This document shows, one piece after another, positions 10,378 through 19,705 of a stretch of DNA of 64,000 bases. Every line of letters begins with the position of its first letter. Position 1 is the stretch's first letter. Source of the DNA: Gammaproteobacteria bacterium (lineage in GTDB: Bacteria > Pseudomonadota > Gammaproteobacteria > Steroidobacterales > Foliamicaceae). Made by a program: the position numbers and the translations under genes. The notes under the pieces are model-generated. The model did not search any database. It was given only the letters and a program-made list of their open reading frames with translations, and had not been told where the DNA came from. The stretch is taken from contig JAPOWV010000004.1 of NCBI GenBank assembly GCA_026707445.1, forward strand, positions 10,170 through 74,169. Direction: 5' to 3'.

Positions 10378-10450
10378 CACCAATGTCGTCGTTCGCTACC
10401 TGACCGGCGACGACCCGTCGCAGGCAGCAAGGGCCAGAAGCGCAATTGAT
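10364..10450 (+). pseudogene. Truncated PIN-domain toxin (VapC) remnant, first ~29 codons only
   Basis: MKAVDTNVVVRYLTGDDPSQAARARSAI matches the start of VapC/PIN toxins (first acidic residue in DTNV) and overlaps the antitoxin stop. After ~aa 29 the frame is just the alternative frame of the next gene and loses all PIN similarity. Confidence 0.65.
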
Positions 10451-10691
10451 GGAGGCAAAAGATATGACAGACTGGAACACCTGTCCGGCGGTGGAACGAA
10501 AGCCGGGAAGAGTCAGCGGGGCGTGGGTTTTCACCGGCACGCGGATTCCTTTGTCGGCACTTTACGAGAACCTTGCCGGCGGCGCTACGGTGGATGAGTT
10601 CGTCGAGTGGTTCCCGGGCGTCGATGAGAAGCAGGTTCGCACGGTGCTCGAGCACGAAGCTCAAGCGTTGAGAATGGCATTGGCACGTTGA
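10446..10691 (+). CDS. DUF433-family protein (putative antitoxin)
   Basis: PGRVSGAWVFTGTRIPLSALYENLAGGATVDEFVEWFPGVDEKQVRTVLEH fits the DUF433 pattern (GTRIPV..aG.s.eEi...yP.l). Start could be 10446, 10449 or 10464. Confidence 0.7.
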   Translation: MMEAKDMTDWNTCPAVERKPGRVSGAWVFTGTRIPLSALYENLAGGATVDEFVEWFPGVDEKQVRTVLEHEAQALRMALAR

Positions 10692-11020
10692 AGCTGCTAT
10701 TCGATCAAGGCACACCTGCACCTCTGCGGAAGCACATCGCATCGCATTCCGTGGATACGCTGGCGGAGAAGGGTTGGTCCGAAAAGGATAACGGCGAGTT
10801 ACTCGATCTCGCCGAGCAGGAGGGATACGAGGTCCTAGTGACGACCGACCAAAGCATGCGGCACCAACAGAATGTGGAGGGCAGGCACATTGGCATTGTC
10901 GTTTTGCTTTCGGCGAACTGGCTGCAAGTGCGCGATCACACGTTGGAAGTAGTTAAAGCGATCGCCGCCGTCCAGCCAGGAAGGGTCATCGAGGTGCCGG
11001 TCCGGTCGCAAGAGACATGA
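10688..11020 (+). CDS. DUF5615-family (Mut7-C/PIN-like) putative toxin
   Basis: MKLLFDQGTPAPLRKHI...DNGELLDLAEQEGYEVLVTTDQSM fits the DUF5615 pattern. TTG start overlaps the DUF433 stop (TTGA at 10688-10691). DUF433-DUF5615 is a recurrent two-gene TA-like pair. Confidence 0.65.
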   Translation: MKLLFDQGTPAPLRKHIASHSVDTLAEKGWSEKDNGELLDLAEQEGYEVLVTTDQSMRHQQNVEGRHIGIVVLLSANWLQVRDHTLEVVKAIAAVQPGRVIEVPVRSQET

Positions 11021-11030
11021 GTACGAGCGC

Positions 11031-11861
11031 ATGACCTATCGCATCGGCATCATCGGAACCGGCGCCGCGCCGACCGGGACCAATGTCCCGCCCGCGCCCA
11101 TCAGGGAAATCGCCGCGGTCGGCTTCGCGCCGGAACTGATCGAACCGCGCCTGCGCACCTTCCCGATGACGCCGTACGATCGGGGCCTGACGGCGCTGGC
11201 CTACCTGGACTGCGCGCTGGAAGCGGAGAAGGCGGGATTCGACGCCGTGTTCATCAATACCGTGGGCGACTACGGTATCGACGAGATGAAATCGGCGACC
11301 TACATGGTGGTCGTCGGCGCCGGCGAAGCGACCATGGCCATGTGCGTGAACACCGGCCGCCGTTTCTCCATCGTCACGGTCTGGCCCCCCAAACTGAACT
11401 TCATTCAGCAGGAGCGGCTGAACAGTTGCGGCATGCAGGACCGCTGTGCGTCCATTCGCAACGTCCAGGAGGACCGTGAAGTCGAAGGGGTCGAACAGGC
11501 CGCCGCCACCACTGCAGGCCTGAAGGATCGGAATGAATCGCTGAAGAGACGCATCGTCGACGCCATCAACGCGGCGGTATCCGAAGACGGCGCCGACACC
11601 ATCATGCTCGGCTGCACCTGCATGGCGCACGTCGGTCCCGACGTCGCGGCGCAGGTGAACGTGCCGGTCTTCGAGTCCATGCGCACCGGCTACAAGACCG
11701 CCGAAGCGCTGCTCACGCTCGGCGTGCGCCACAGCGACGCCGCCTACCCCAAACCCAACCCCGACAATCTCAGCGCTGTGGGCGCGCTGGTCGCCGGCCA
11801 GGGCAACATGGACCTGGGTGGCGACTGCGAAGTCTGCCTGACCCCCGAAGACGAAGCGTAG
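11031..11861 (+). CDS. Asp/Glu/hydantoin racemase family protein
   Basis: RIGIIGTG.., GFDAVFINTVGDYGIDE, GRRFSIVTVWPP and GADTIMLGCTCMAHV..VNVPVFESMRTGYKTAEALLTLG match the two-cysteine racemase fold pattern. Confidence 0.6.
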   Translation: MTYRIGIIGTGAAPTGTNVPPAPIREIAAVGFAPELIEPRLRTFPMTPYDRGLTALAYLDCALEAEKAGFDAVFINTVGDYGIDEMKSATYMVVVGAGEATMAMCVNTGRRFSIVTVWPPKLNFIQQERLNSCGMQDRCASIRNVQEDREVEGVEQAAATTAGLKDRNESLKRRIVDAINAAVSEDGADTIMLGCTCMAHVGPDVAAQVNVPVFESMRTGYKTAEALLTLGVRHSDAAYPKPNPDNLSAVGALVAGQGNMDLGGDCEVCLTPEDEA

Positions 11862-11899
11862 ACGTCCTGACGGGCGGTCAGACTCGCCATCCGGCTCGG

Positions 11900-14365
11900 T
11901 TAGAAGTTGTAGGCGAGGCGGATGCCGTAGCTCCTCGGTATGGGAGCCGAGACGCGGACTTCGTTCTTGTTCGGACCGCGAATGAAGGTGAACAGGTCAA
12001 CGCCGAGACCACCCTGTATGAACTCGTCGTGATCCAGCGCGTTCTCGACGAAGGCCTCGACCGAAAGACTCGAACCGCGCAGGCCGATGCGAACATTCAC
12101 GTTGTCGTAGGGCGACGTTTTCGCGATATTGGAAAAATCCGTATAGCGGCTGCCCTGGTGCGCCCAGTCCACCCGTCCGTACCAGTCCCAGTCGCCCATC
12201 AGATTGTCTTCGTACTGACCTGAAACGGCCCAGGTGACTCGCGGGGCGCTGGGCAATTCATTGCCGACCACGCCGTCGAAGCTGCCGTAGACCAGGTTGC
12301 AGTCGCCGCAAACGAAGGACTTCACCTCGGTATCGTTGAGGCCGTATGAGGCGGCGAACGTCAGGTTCTCGGTGGCCTGAAACTGGCCTTCAAACTCGAT
12401 GCCTCTGAGTTCCGCCGTGCCGTTATTCAGCACGATGTTGATCAGGTTGGCCACGCCGTCGGCAACCACGGGAATGCTGTTGCCCACCTGCCCGTTCAGC
12501 CATTCATCGTAGTACAGGGCCAGGGTGGTCCGGGCACGGCCTCCCAGCCAGGTGGCTTTCCAACCGAACTCGTAGTTGTCGAGCTTCTCCTCGAGAATGT
12601 TGAGGCCGGCCGTGGGCGCCACGGCCCTGAGCGCATCCAGCACGGCCTGGCTTGCGCCGGCCAGCACCGCGTTGAAGCGTCCCGGTCGAAAACCGCGCGA
12701 ATACAGCACGTAAACCGTCGAGTTGTCCGCGTACTTGTAGTCCAGCGAGATGCGCGGAGCAAAGCTCGTGAAGGTCGCGCTGAAGGCCAGCGGCGATTCG
12801 GGAGGGAGCTGATTGACGCCGATCAGCGTGTTCTCGGAGATCTTGTCCCACTGATAGCGCGCTTCGGCGCTCAGGGTCAGTTTGGGCGTGATGTCGTAAT
12901 AGGCGGCGCCGAACACGGCGGGCGTTTCGACTTCGCGTTCAACGATGGCCGCCGTGAAGAACGGACCGACGATCAGGTTGCCGTACACGGTCTGGCCCGG
13001 CGAATACGCGTCAAAGTAGTTGAAGCCCGCGACCCAGCGAAGGCGCTTGTCCTGAGGCGAAGTGACGCGGAACTCCTGGCTCCAGTCCTCCTGCTCGCTC
13101 TGGATCGCCAGCGTGGTATTCCAGTCCGGACGGATGTCCGTGCGGCCGAGCACGCCGATGAACAGGGGCGCGAAAGGGTTGGGCCGTGAGCGGCCGTCCC
13201 GGTAGTTCAGGTCGATGACGTTCTGGTTCTTGTCGGTATGGAATGCCGACAGCGAGGTGAACGAATAACCGGACGAATGTTCGAAGTCGATGCGCAGGCT
13301 GGTCTGGAAGGCCTCACGCTTGAGTCCCGGCGCCCGATGGAAGTCGGGATCGAACACCAGCCAGTTGGGATTGGGATCGAACAGGGTTTTCTCGAGGATC
13401 GGATCGATCACCGTGTCGGCGGAAAAGATCGCCGGGTCCACCTCGCCCATGCTCGGCAGTTCGCCGCAAACGTAGCCGAACGCGGCGCGCGAACCTTCCT
13501 GCACGCCCGGGCGAAGCGGCGCGCTCAACGGATCGCAGCTGCCGTCGATATTGCCGCGCCCATTGAATTGATCCTGCTTGAGCGCGAACTGCGTGGCGGA
13601 CCAGTCTTCGTCCACGAAGAAATTGACGAACAGCTTTGCCTTCAGCGAGTCTGTGGGCGTGAAAACGATTGAAGTGGAAATGGAATTGGTGGTGCGTTCG
13701 CCCAGTTCGTCGGACGGGTCGGCATAGTTGTCGATGTAACCCCCCTGACGCCAGTGCCGGCCGCTGACCCGCATCGACAGCTTGTCCCTGACGAGGGGAC
13801 CCTCGACCATGATGTGCTGTTCGTTGGATCCGAAACTTGAAAAATCGGTGGAAATACGGCCGCCGAATTCATCGCCGGGTTCCTTCATCACGAAATTCAG
13901 GGCGCCGACGAAGGTGGACCGGCCGAAATATGCGCTCTGCGGGCCTTTCAGGATCTCGACGCGCTCGGTGTCGACAATGCTGGGCGAGTAGCCGCCAACC
14001 ACAGGGGCGCCGTCGATGAACAGCAGTCCGCCGGCGTTGATGCCCACGTTGATGTTCAGGTACAGGCCCCGGAACACCAGGGCGTTGCGCGAACGGTCAT
14101 TGCGCCCCGAGCCGCCCTGCTGGTTGGTGAAGCTGAGACTGGGCGTATACAACTGAATGTCGGTCAGCTCCGCCATATTGATGGATTCCAGTTCCTCCGC
14201 GGAGAAGGCCGTAATGGCCAGCGGCACTTCCATCAGGTTCTCTTCGACCTTTCGGGCCGTCACCACGATTTCTTCCAGCGCCAGTTCCTGCGCGCTTGCC
14301 GGTGTGCCCGAAAGCACGATAAACGGGATCGCCGCGGCGACGGCCGCAATCAAAAAACGTCTCAT
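11900..14365 (-). CDS. TonB-dependent outer-membrane receptor
   Basis: Signal peptide MRRFLIAAVAAAIPFIVLSGTPASAQE from the ATG at 14365; plug-domain motifs EEIVVTARK and ERVEILKGPQSAYFGRS; C-terminal SYGIRLAYNF. Confidence 0.9.
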   Translation of the reverse strand: MRRFLIAAVAAAIPFIVLSGTPASAQELALEEIVVTARKVEENLMEVPLAITAFSAEELESINMAELTDIQLYTPSLSFTNQQGGSGRNDRSRNALVFRGLYLNINVGINAGGLLFIDGAPVVGGYSPSIVDTERVEILKGPQSAYFGRSTFVGALNFVMKEPGDEFGGRISTDFSSFGSNEQHIMVEGPLVRDKLSMRVSGRHWRQGGYIDNYADPSDELGERTTNSISTSIVFTPTDSLKAKLFVNFFVDEDWSATQFALKQDQFNGRGNIDGSCDPLSAPLRPGVQEGSRAAFGYVCGELPSMGEVDPAIFSADTVIDPILEKTLFDPNPNWLVFDPDFHRAPGLKREAFQTSLRIDFEHSSGYSFTSLSAFHTDKNQNVIDLNYRDGRSRPNPFAPLFIGVLGRTDIRPDWNTTLAIQSEQEDWSQEFRVTSPQDKRLRWVAGFNYFDAYSPGQTVYGNLIVGPFFTAAIVEREVETPAVFGAAYYDITPKLTLSAEARYQWDKISENTLIGVNQLPPESPLAFSATFTSFAPRISLDYKYADNSTVYVLYSRGFRPGRFNAVLAGASQAVLDALRAVAPTAGLNILEEKLDNYEFGWKATWLGGRARTTLALYYDEWLNGQVGNSIPVVADGVANLINIVLNNGTAELRGIEFEGQFQATENLTFAASYGLNDTEVKSFVCGDCNLVYGSFDGVVGNELPSAPRVTWAVSGQYEDNLMGDWDWYGRVDWAHQGSRYTDFSNIAKTSPYDNVNVRIGLRGSSLSVEAFVENALDHDEFIQGGLGVDLFTFIRGPNKNEVRVSAPIPRSYGIRLAYNF

Positions 14366-14500
14366 CGTTAGTCCCCTCCAAACAATGCAGCCCCGGGAAG
14401 AGCCGCAGGCATGGGCTTCATGGCGAAGCCCGGTTAGCGCCAAAAGCATAACCGACACCCCACCGCACGAAAAAGCGAGGTGCTACCCTAGCCCACAAAG

Positions 14501-15988
14501 ATGAGTCCCGGGCCGTCAAAGATTCTGCTCACCCGGCGCACGTTCAATTCGTCCGTCGCCCTGGCGTCGATGGCCGTGGCCGCCCCATTCGTTCATACCC
14601 GTCGCGCCCGGGCGCGCGAGTCGGCCGACGTGGTCGTGATCGGGTCCGGTCTGTCCGGTCTGAACGCCGCCTGGATTCTCAGCGAAGCCGGCGCCGACGT
14701 TCTGGTGCTCGAAGGCGGCAACCGTATCGGCGGCCGTGTGTGGAGCGCCGAGGAAAAGTGGATAACGAACGCGGGAGAAGTGCCCATTGAGCTTGGGGCA
14801 TCGCAAGTGGGTCCTTCGTACGCCCGCGTCCTCTACGCTATCGACCGCCTCAAGCTCCCGACCCTGGACGAGGACCGAACGGTATTGCCGTTCGCCTATC
14901 ACCTCGACGGCACGCTGATCAAGGGATCGGAATGGCCCGACTCTCCTCATAACCGGACGGTCGGCGACGAACGCGAAATCCCCGCCGTTCAGTTCGGGGC
15001 GGCCATGCTGGCCCGACTCAATCCGCTGAAGGAACTGGACGACTGGCTGGATCCGCGTTTCAGCGACCATGACGTTTCCATTCATGACCTGCTTGCGCGC
15101 CACGGGGTGTCGGAAGGCGGCATACGGCTGGCGGGGCACCAGTCCGACCTTCACGGGGTTTCCGCGCTGCGCCTTTTCCAGGAGCAGACCCGCGGTTCGT
15201 TCGAGGAACGGTTTGCCGGCGCGCTGGGCGACGACGGCCAACCCATCGAACACTGGCCGAAGAACCTTGCCGGCGGGACCGTCGCCCTGCCTCTGGCCAT
15301 GGCCGCGCAGTTACCGCGGGAAGTGCGGCTTGGCCAGCAGGTTACGGCGATTGAAATCGAACCGGACGCGGTTGACGTGCGCACGCTGGACGGCGGCCGT
15401 TACCGCGCCAGGTTCGCCGTCGCGGCGACGCCGTTCACGGTATTGCGGGACGTTTCCATCTGGCCGCGCCCTCCCGGCGCGCAGTTCCAGGCCATTCAGC
15501 GGCTCAATTACGCCGAAACCACGCGGGCGTTCTGCCGGATCAGGGAACCCTTCTGGCAGGAGGACGGCTATGAGCCGTCGCTGTTTTCCGACGGGGCCGT
15601 GCGGATGTTCTGGACGATCGACAATCACACCGGCGACGGGGAGCACCGGGGGATGTTCGTGCTGACCAATACGGCGGGCAAGCAGGTCGCCGCGCGGCCA
15701 CCGGAGAGCGCCGTCCGCTTCCTGATCGACGAGATGGAGCGCATCCGGCCCGCATCGCGCGGCCAGATCGAGATCCTTCGCTACCACTCCTGGGAACGCC
15801 AGCCGCTGCAACGCGGCTGCAGCCCGATGTTCGCCCCCGGCCAGGTGACGGCGTTCGCGAACGAAATGATCCTGCCTCACGGCCGCCTGCACTTCGCCGG
15901 CGAGCATACCCGGCGGCTGGATTATGGAATGGAGGCGGCCATGGAGGCGGGAGAACGGGCGGCCCTCGAGATCCTTGATCGGATCTAG
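14501..15988 (+). CDS. Flavin-containing amine oxidase family protein with Tat signal
   Basis: Twin-arginine leader LTRRTFNSSVALASMAVAAPF. FAD dinucleotide fold DVVVIGSGLSGLNAAWILSEAGADVLVLEGGNRIGGRV; C-terminal GRLHFAGEHT. Confidence 0.85.
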   Translation: MSPGPSKILLTRRTFNSSVALASMAVAAPFVHTRRARARESADVVVIGSGLSGLNAAWILSEAGADVLVLEGGNRIGGRVWSAEEKWITNAGEVPIELGASQVGPSYARVLYAIDRLKLPTLDEDRTVLPFAYHLDGTLIKGSEWPDSPHNRTVGDEREIPAVQFGAAMLARLNPLKELDDWLDPRFSDHDVSIHDLLARHGVSEGGIRLAGHQSDLHGVSALRLFQEQTRGSFEERFAGALGDDGQPIEHWPKNLAGGTVALPLAMAAQLPREVRLGQQVTAIEIEPDAVDVRTLDGGRYRARFAVAATPFTVLRDVSIWPRPPGAQFQAIQRLNYAETTRAFCRIREPFWQEDGYEPSLFSDGAVRMFWTIDNHTGDGEHRGMFVLTNTAGKQVAARPPESAVRFLIDEMERIRPASRGQIEILRYHSWERQPLQRGCSPMFAPGQVTAFANEMILPHGRLHFAGEHTRRLDYGMEAAMEAGERAALEILDRI

Positions 15989-16047
15989 GGCGGCATCCGG
16001 CGCGCTTGTTGCCGGATAATTGGCGTCATGAGTGCGGGGGGCCAGGC

Positions 16048-18930
16048 ATGATCGGCGTTTCCGGCTGCCGGATGTTCGCGGTCTTGTGGACCGTGGTTGC
16101 GCTTCTTGCGACGTCGTCGGCGTTTGCGCAAGATCCGGCGCCCTCCGGGCCCGGCGGACCCGTGATCGAGGAGATCGTGGTGGTGGGTTCGCTGATCAAG
16201 CGGCGCGTCGTCTACGAAGGACGCGCGCCGGTGCAGACGCTGGACGCCGAGTTGTTCGAGTCGACAGGCGCCTCCCAGGCCGTGGACATTCTCGGAAGCC
16301 TGACCGCCAACACGGGCTCGTACCTCGCCACACAGCAGAATTACCTGCAGGGCGTTGCGCAATTCAGCCTGCGCGGCGTCGGGCTGTCTTCCACGCTGAC
16401 GCTGATCAATGGACGCAGGGCCGGGTTCGCGCCGGTTTCCAACGACGTCGGACAGAGCTTTTTCGATATCAACTCGCTGCCCGTGCCTCTGATCGAGCGC
16501 GTCGAGATACTTCGCGACGGCGCTTCCGCGACCTACGGCTCGCAGGCGGTGGCGGGTGTCGCCAACATCGTTACCCGCAAGGGCTTTACCGGGCTGGAGA
16601 TCACCGGCGGCTACCGGTCCGCCAGCAATCGAGCATACGACCTGGGTTTCGCGTCGGGCATCGAGATGGCGCGAGGTAATGTCAGCCTGCACGGAGCATG
16701 GCTCAAGCAGGACGAGAACTTCCGAACGGAATTCGACTGGATGATTCCCCGGGCCATCGACCCGGATGGGGACGGTGACATCGTGGAAGGTTCCTTCGAC
16801 TCGGGAAGGGGCTCGCCGGGCAGTTTCCGGCGAGCCGTGGCCAACCCGGACGGCACTTATTCCCCTTTTCAGGTCGGCGGTCTGGACACGCCCCGCTTCC
16901 CGGACCCCGACTGCCGAGCGGGAGGAGGTTATCCGAGCGGTTCGCTGTGCCGGATGGACTTTTCCGACCAGCGCACGATGATCGCCGCCGAGCAACGTGC
17001 CCAGTTTTTCGCCGACGCCGAATTCGAGCTGGCCGGCGGGGTCGCGGTTTTCTCGGAAATCGGCTATTCGCTCAACGAGGTGAAGGACCGGGTGGGCAAC
17101 ATGCTGCTGTTCCGGGGCAACGTCCAGCGTACCAACGAGTTCTTCGTGCCCGCCAGCCACCCCTTCAATTTCTGGACCGACCCGGACGACGATGGCGTTC
17201 TCACTTACGTTGCGCCCTCCGACTGGAGTCCCGACGTACACGAGGCGGTGTCGCTCGGCTACTTCGGCCGGCCGCTGGGCGCGGAGGCGGCCGGCGAAAA
17301 CTCCGGCGACGAACCGCGGAAGTTCGACAATCTCCGGGTGATGATCGGCCTCGATGCCGAATTACCCGGCGGCTGGACGGGGCAGGGCTACCTTGCGCGG
17401 GCGAGGACCGACCTTTCCGTGAACTCGGAACGGCACTGGGTGGCCGCCGAGTTTGCCCGGGTCGTGGCCGACGGGCTGTGGAACCCTTTCGGTACGCGCC
17501 TGGTTGCGCCCGACCTGGTCACGCCCAAGACCGTGGCCGGCGACGGACTGGCGCCGGCGCTGGCCGGCAGGCGCGCCGCCAACGATCCCGAGGTCCTGCA
17601 GCGGTTCCACAGCGTCAGGATGGAGACCGCGGAGAGCGTTCAGGAAGTGGTGGAGATCGTGGCTACCGGCGACCTTTTCGAGTGGCGCGGCCGGCCCGTG
17701 TCGCTGGCCGCCGGTGCGCACTATCGCCACCTGCATTACGCGTATCAGCCCGATCCCCTGAATGCTTCCGGCGAAGGTCCGCGGGAAATTCGCGACTTTC
17801 CCCGGGACGCGGACCAGCATGTGTGGGCGGTATTCGCCGAGAGCCTGTTCTGGTTCGGCGACCGCGCGGAATTGCAGCTCGCCGCCCGTCACGAGCGCTA
17901 CGATCAGGCCGGCAACACCACCGACCCGAAGATCGCCGCGCAGTTCTTCGCCAACGACTGGCTGTCGCTGCGCGCGTCCTGGGGCACGTCCTTTCAGGCG
18001 CCCAGCGTGTTCCAGGCAGCCGGCAACATCAGTTCGCGAACGCTTGCCGACCCCTTCCGCTTCGACGGTCAGGGCGTCGGGCAATGCACGATCGGATCAT
18101 CGGGCGAAATCCTGAACCGCGGCGACAACTTCGCCCTCGCCACGGTGCTGCGCGGAGGGGGACTCAAGCCCCAGACGGCGCGGTCGGCCAACCTGGGCCT
18201 GCTGTTGCGGCCCCTGGACAACTTCGCGTTCAGTCTGGATCTCTGGACGCTGGACTACCGCAGCGTCATTGCCCAAAGGCGCAGTTTTCAGGCGATCGTG
18301 GACGATGACTGCCGCGACGACGGCCGGCCCAACGACCCACGCGTGCAACGCGATTCCTCCGGGCAACTCAGCGTGGTGACGACCGATTACGAGAACGTCG
18401 GGGCGGTTCGCAGCCGGGGCCTGGATGCCAACGCCTACTATGACCTTGAATCGTCCGCCGGGGATTTCCGCATCAGCGCCGACGCCACCCTGTTGACCCG
18501 ATTCGACGTGAATTCCGCCGGCGAAGGCTTTGTCGATCAACTCGGTAGCCGCAACGACACCAACGGTTTCGCGCCCACGCCCGAGTTGCGGCTCAATCTC
18601 GGCCTTGCCTGGCGCCGGGGGGCCCACGCTGCGGGTCTGACCGTACGCTACGTGGATTCGTACAAGAACGACGAAGTCGCGTCCCTGCCGGAGATTTCCT
18701 CGTGGACGACGCTGGACGTGAACTACAGCTACCTGCTGGACAGCCTTTTCGGCGGCGAGGCCACGCTTTTCGTGGGCGCCCGCAATCTGACCGACGAGGA
18801 CCCGCCGCCGCTACCCAGCGGCCGCGAGGGCGTTCACCGCTACAACCTGCGTCCGGGTTACGACGGATTCGTGCACGACATCAAGGGCCGCACGCTCTAC
18901 TTACGCTTCCGCTATCGCCCGTGGGGCTAG
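16048..18930 (+). CDS. TonB-dependent outer-membrane receptor
   Basis: Signal peptide ..MFAVLWTVVALLATSSAFAQD; plug motifs IEEIVVVGS and ERVEILRDGASATYGSQAVAGVANIVT. Start is uncertain (16006, 16048 or 16072). Confidence 0.9.
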   Translation: MIGVSGCRMFAVLWTVVALLATSSAFAQDPAPSGPGGPVIEEIVVVGSLIKRRVVYEGRAPVQTLDAELFESTGASQAVDILGSLTANTGSYLATQQNYLQGVAQFSLRGVGLSSTLTLINGRRAGFAPVSNDVGQSFFDINSLPVPLIERVEILRDGASATYGSQAVAGVANIVTRKGFTGLEITGGYRSASNRAYDLGFASGIEMARGNVSLHGAWLKQDENFRTEFDWMIPRAIDPDGDGDIVEGSFDSGRGSPGSFRRAVANPDGTYSPFQVGGLDTPRFPDPDCRAGGGYPSGSLCRMDFSDQRTMIAAEQRAQFFADAEFELAGGVAVFSEIGYSLNEVKDRVGNMLLFRGNVQRTNEFFVPASHPFNFWTDPDDDGVLTYVAPSDWSPDVHEAVSLGYFGRPLGAEAAGENSGDEPRKFDNLRVMIGLDAELPGGWTGQGYLARARTDLSVNSERHWVAAEFARVVADGLWNPFGTRLVAPDLVTPKTVAGDGLAPALAGRRAANDPEVLQRFHSVRMETAESVQEVVEIVATGDLFEWRGRPVSLAAGAHYRHLHYAYQPDPLNASGEGPREIRDFPRDADQHVWAVFAESLFWFGDRAELQLAARHERYDQAGNTTDPKIAAQFFANDWLSLRASWGTSFQAPSVFQAAGNISSRTLADPFRFDGQGVGQCTIGSSGEILNRGDNFALATVLRGGGLKPQTARSANLGLLLRPLDNFAFSLDLWTLDYRSVIAQRRSFQAIVDDDCRDDGRPNDPRVQRDSSGQLSVVTTDYENVGAVRSRGLDANAYYDLESSAGDFRISADATLLTRFDVNSAGEGFVDQLGSRNDTNGFAPTPELRLNLGLAWRRGAHAAGLTVRYVDSYKNDEVASLPEISSWTTLDVNYSYLLDSLFGGEATLFVGARNLTDEDPPPLPSGREGVHRYNLRPGYDGFVHDIKGRTLYLRFRYRPWG

Positions 18931-18941
18931 TTCCGGCCGGA

Positions 18942-19346
18942 TCAGTCCGCTATCCATGCCAGGACCATGTCCCTGAGGGCGACAATCCCGATCACGTTGC
19001 GCTCCTGATCCACCACCAGCGCCCGGCGCAAGCCCAGGGCCGTCAGGTGACGGACTGCGTACCGGACCAGCATGGTGGCGGGGAGCGACACGACCGGTTT
19101 CGTCATCACTTCGTACACGTGAACGCGGTCCGGGGCGCGATTCCGGGCAATGACCTCGCGGGCGATACCTTGTATATCGATCAATCCGGCTTCGTCGTCC
19201 GCGTCGCGGCGGTTGACGACCAGCGAGGTAATCGAGTGGCGACGCATCAGCGCGGCTGCGTCGGACACCGTGGCAAGCCCGTCGATGCTCCTGACGTCGC
19301 CGATCATCACTTCGCTTACGCGAATCTTGCGTTTGTCGGTGCTCAT
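18942..19346 (-). CDS. CBS-domain pair protein
   Basis: Two CBS repeats (VSEVMIGDVRSIDGLATVSDAAALMRRHSITSLVV.. and VYEVMTKPVVSLPATMLVRYAVRHLTALGLRRALVVD..IGIVALRDMV). Start overlaps the stop of the PII-like gene. Confidence 0.85.
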   Translation of the reverse strand: MSTDKRKIRVSEVMIGDVRSIDGLATVSDAAALMRRHSITSLVVNRRDADDEAGLIDIQGIAREVIARNRAPDRVHVYEVMTKPVVSLPATMLVRYAVRHLTALGLRRALVVDQERNVIGIVALRDMVLAWIAD

Positions 19347-19693
19347 AGTTCCTCCTCCACTTCCTTCATCAGTGTCGGCAGCTGGGTGCTCATGCCGACC
19401 GCGTCCTCGATGGCGATCTGAAACGCGACGCCGGCGCCCGGGTCGGTTTCAAAGCGCCCGGCGTCACGGATCCGTTCCAGTATCTCCCTGGCCCTCGCTT
19501 CCGCCACCAGGAACAGTACAACGTCCCGCATGGCCGTAAGTTCAAGCCCGAGAAAAGTCTTTTCGGGCTTCAGGCCCTCCCCGCGCACGCTGGTAATCAC
19601 CGTTGCGCCCGTTGCGCCGGCTTCCCGCGCCGCCTCAATGATGTCGGCGGTCTTGTCGTCCGGAACCAGGGCGACAATGAGCTTCATATACAT
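19343..19693 (-). CDS. P-II (GlnB)-like signal-transduction protein
   Basis: MKLIVALVPDDKTADIIEAAREAGATGATVITSVRGEG.. has the PII beta-alpha-beta pattern. ~115 aa, sits directly downstream of two DUF1538 genes. Start is 19693 or 19687. Confidence 0.7.
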   Translation of the reverse strand: MYMKLIVALVPDDKTADIIEAAREAGATGATVITSVRGEGLKPEKTFLGLELTAMRDVVLFLVAEARAREILERIRDAGRFETDPGAGVAFQIAIEDAVGMSTQLPTLMKEVEEEL

Positions 19694-19705
19694 CGCTTGA
19701 TGCTC

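Noticed and set aside
14366-14500. Looked for Fur boxes or riboswitches in the TonB-receptor upstream regions (also 15989-16047)
   Set aside because: No GATAATGATAATCATTATC-like 19-mer or conserved riboswitch core was seen.
15985-18308. 418-aa (-) and 453-aa (+) ORFs overlapping the second TonB receptor gene
   Set aside because: Only the 16048-18930 frame has a signal peptide, plug motifs and barrel periodicity. The others are Arg/Gly-rich shadows.
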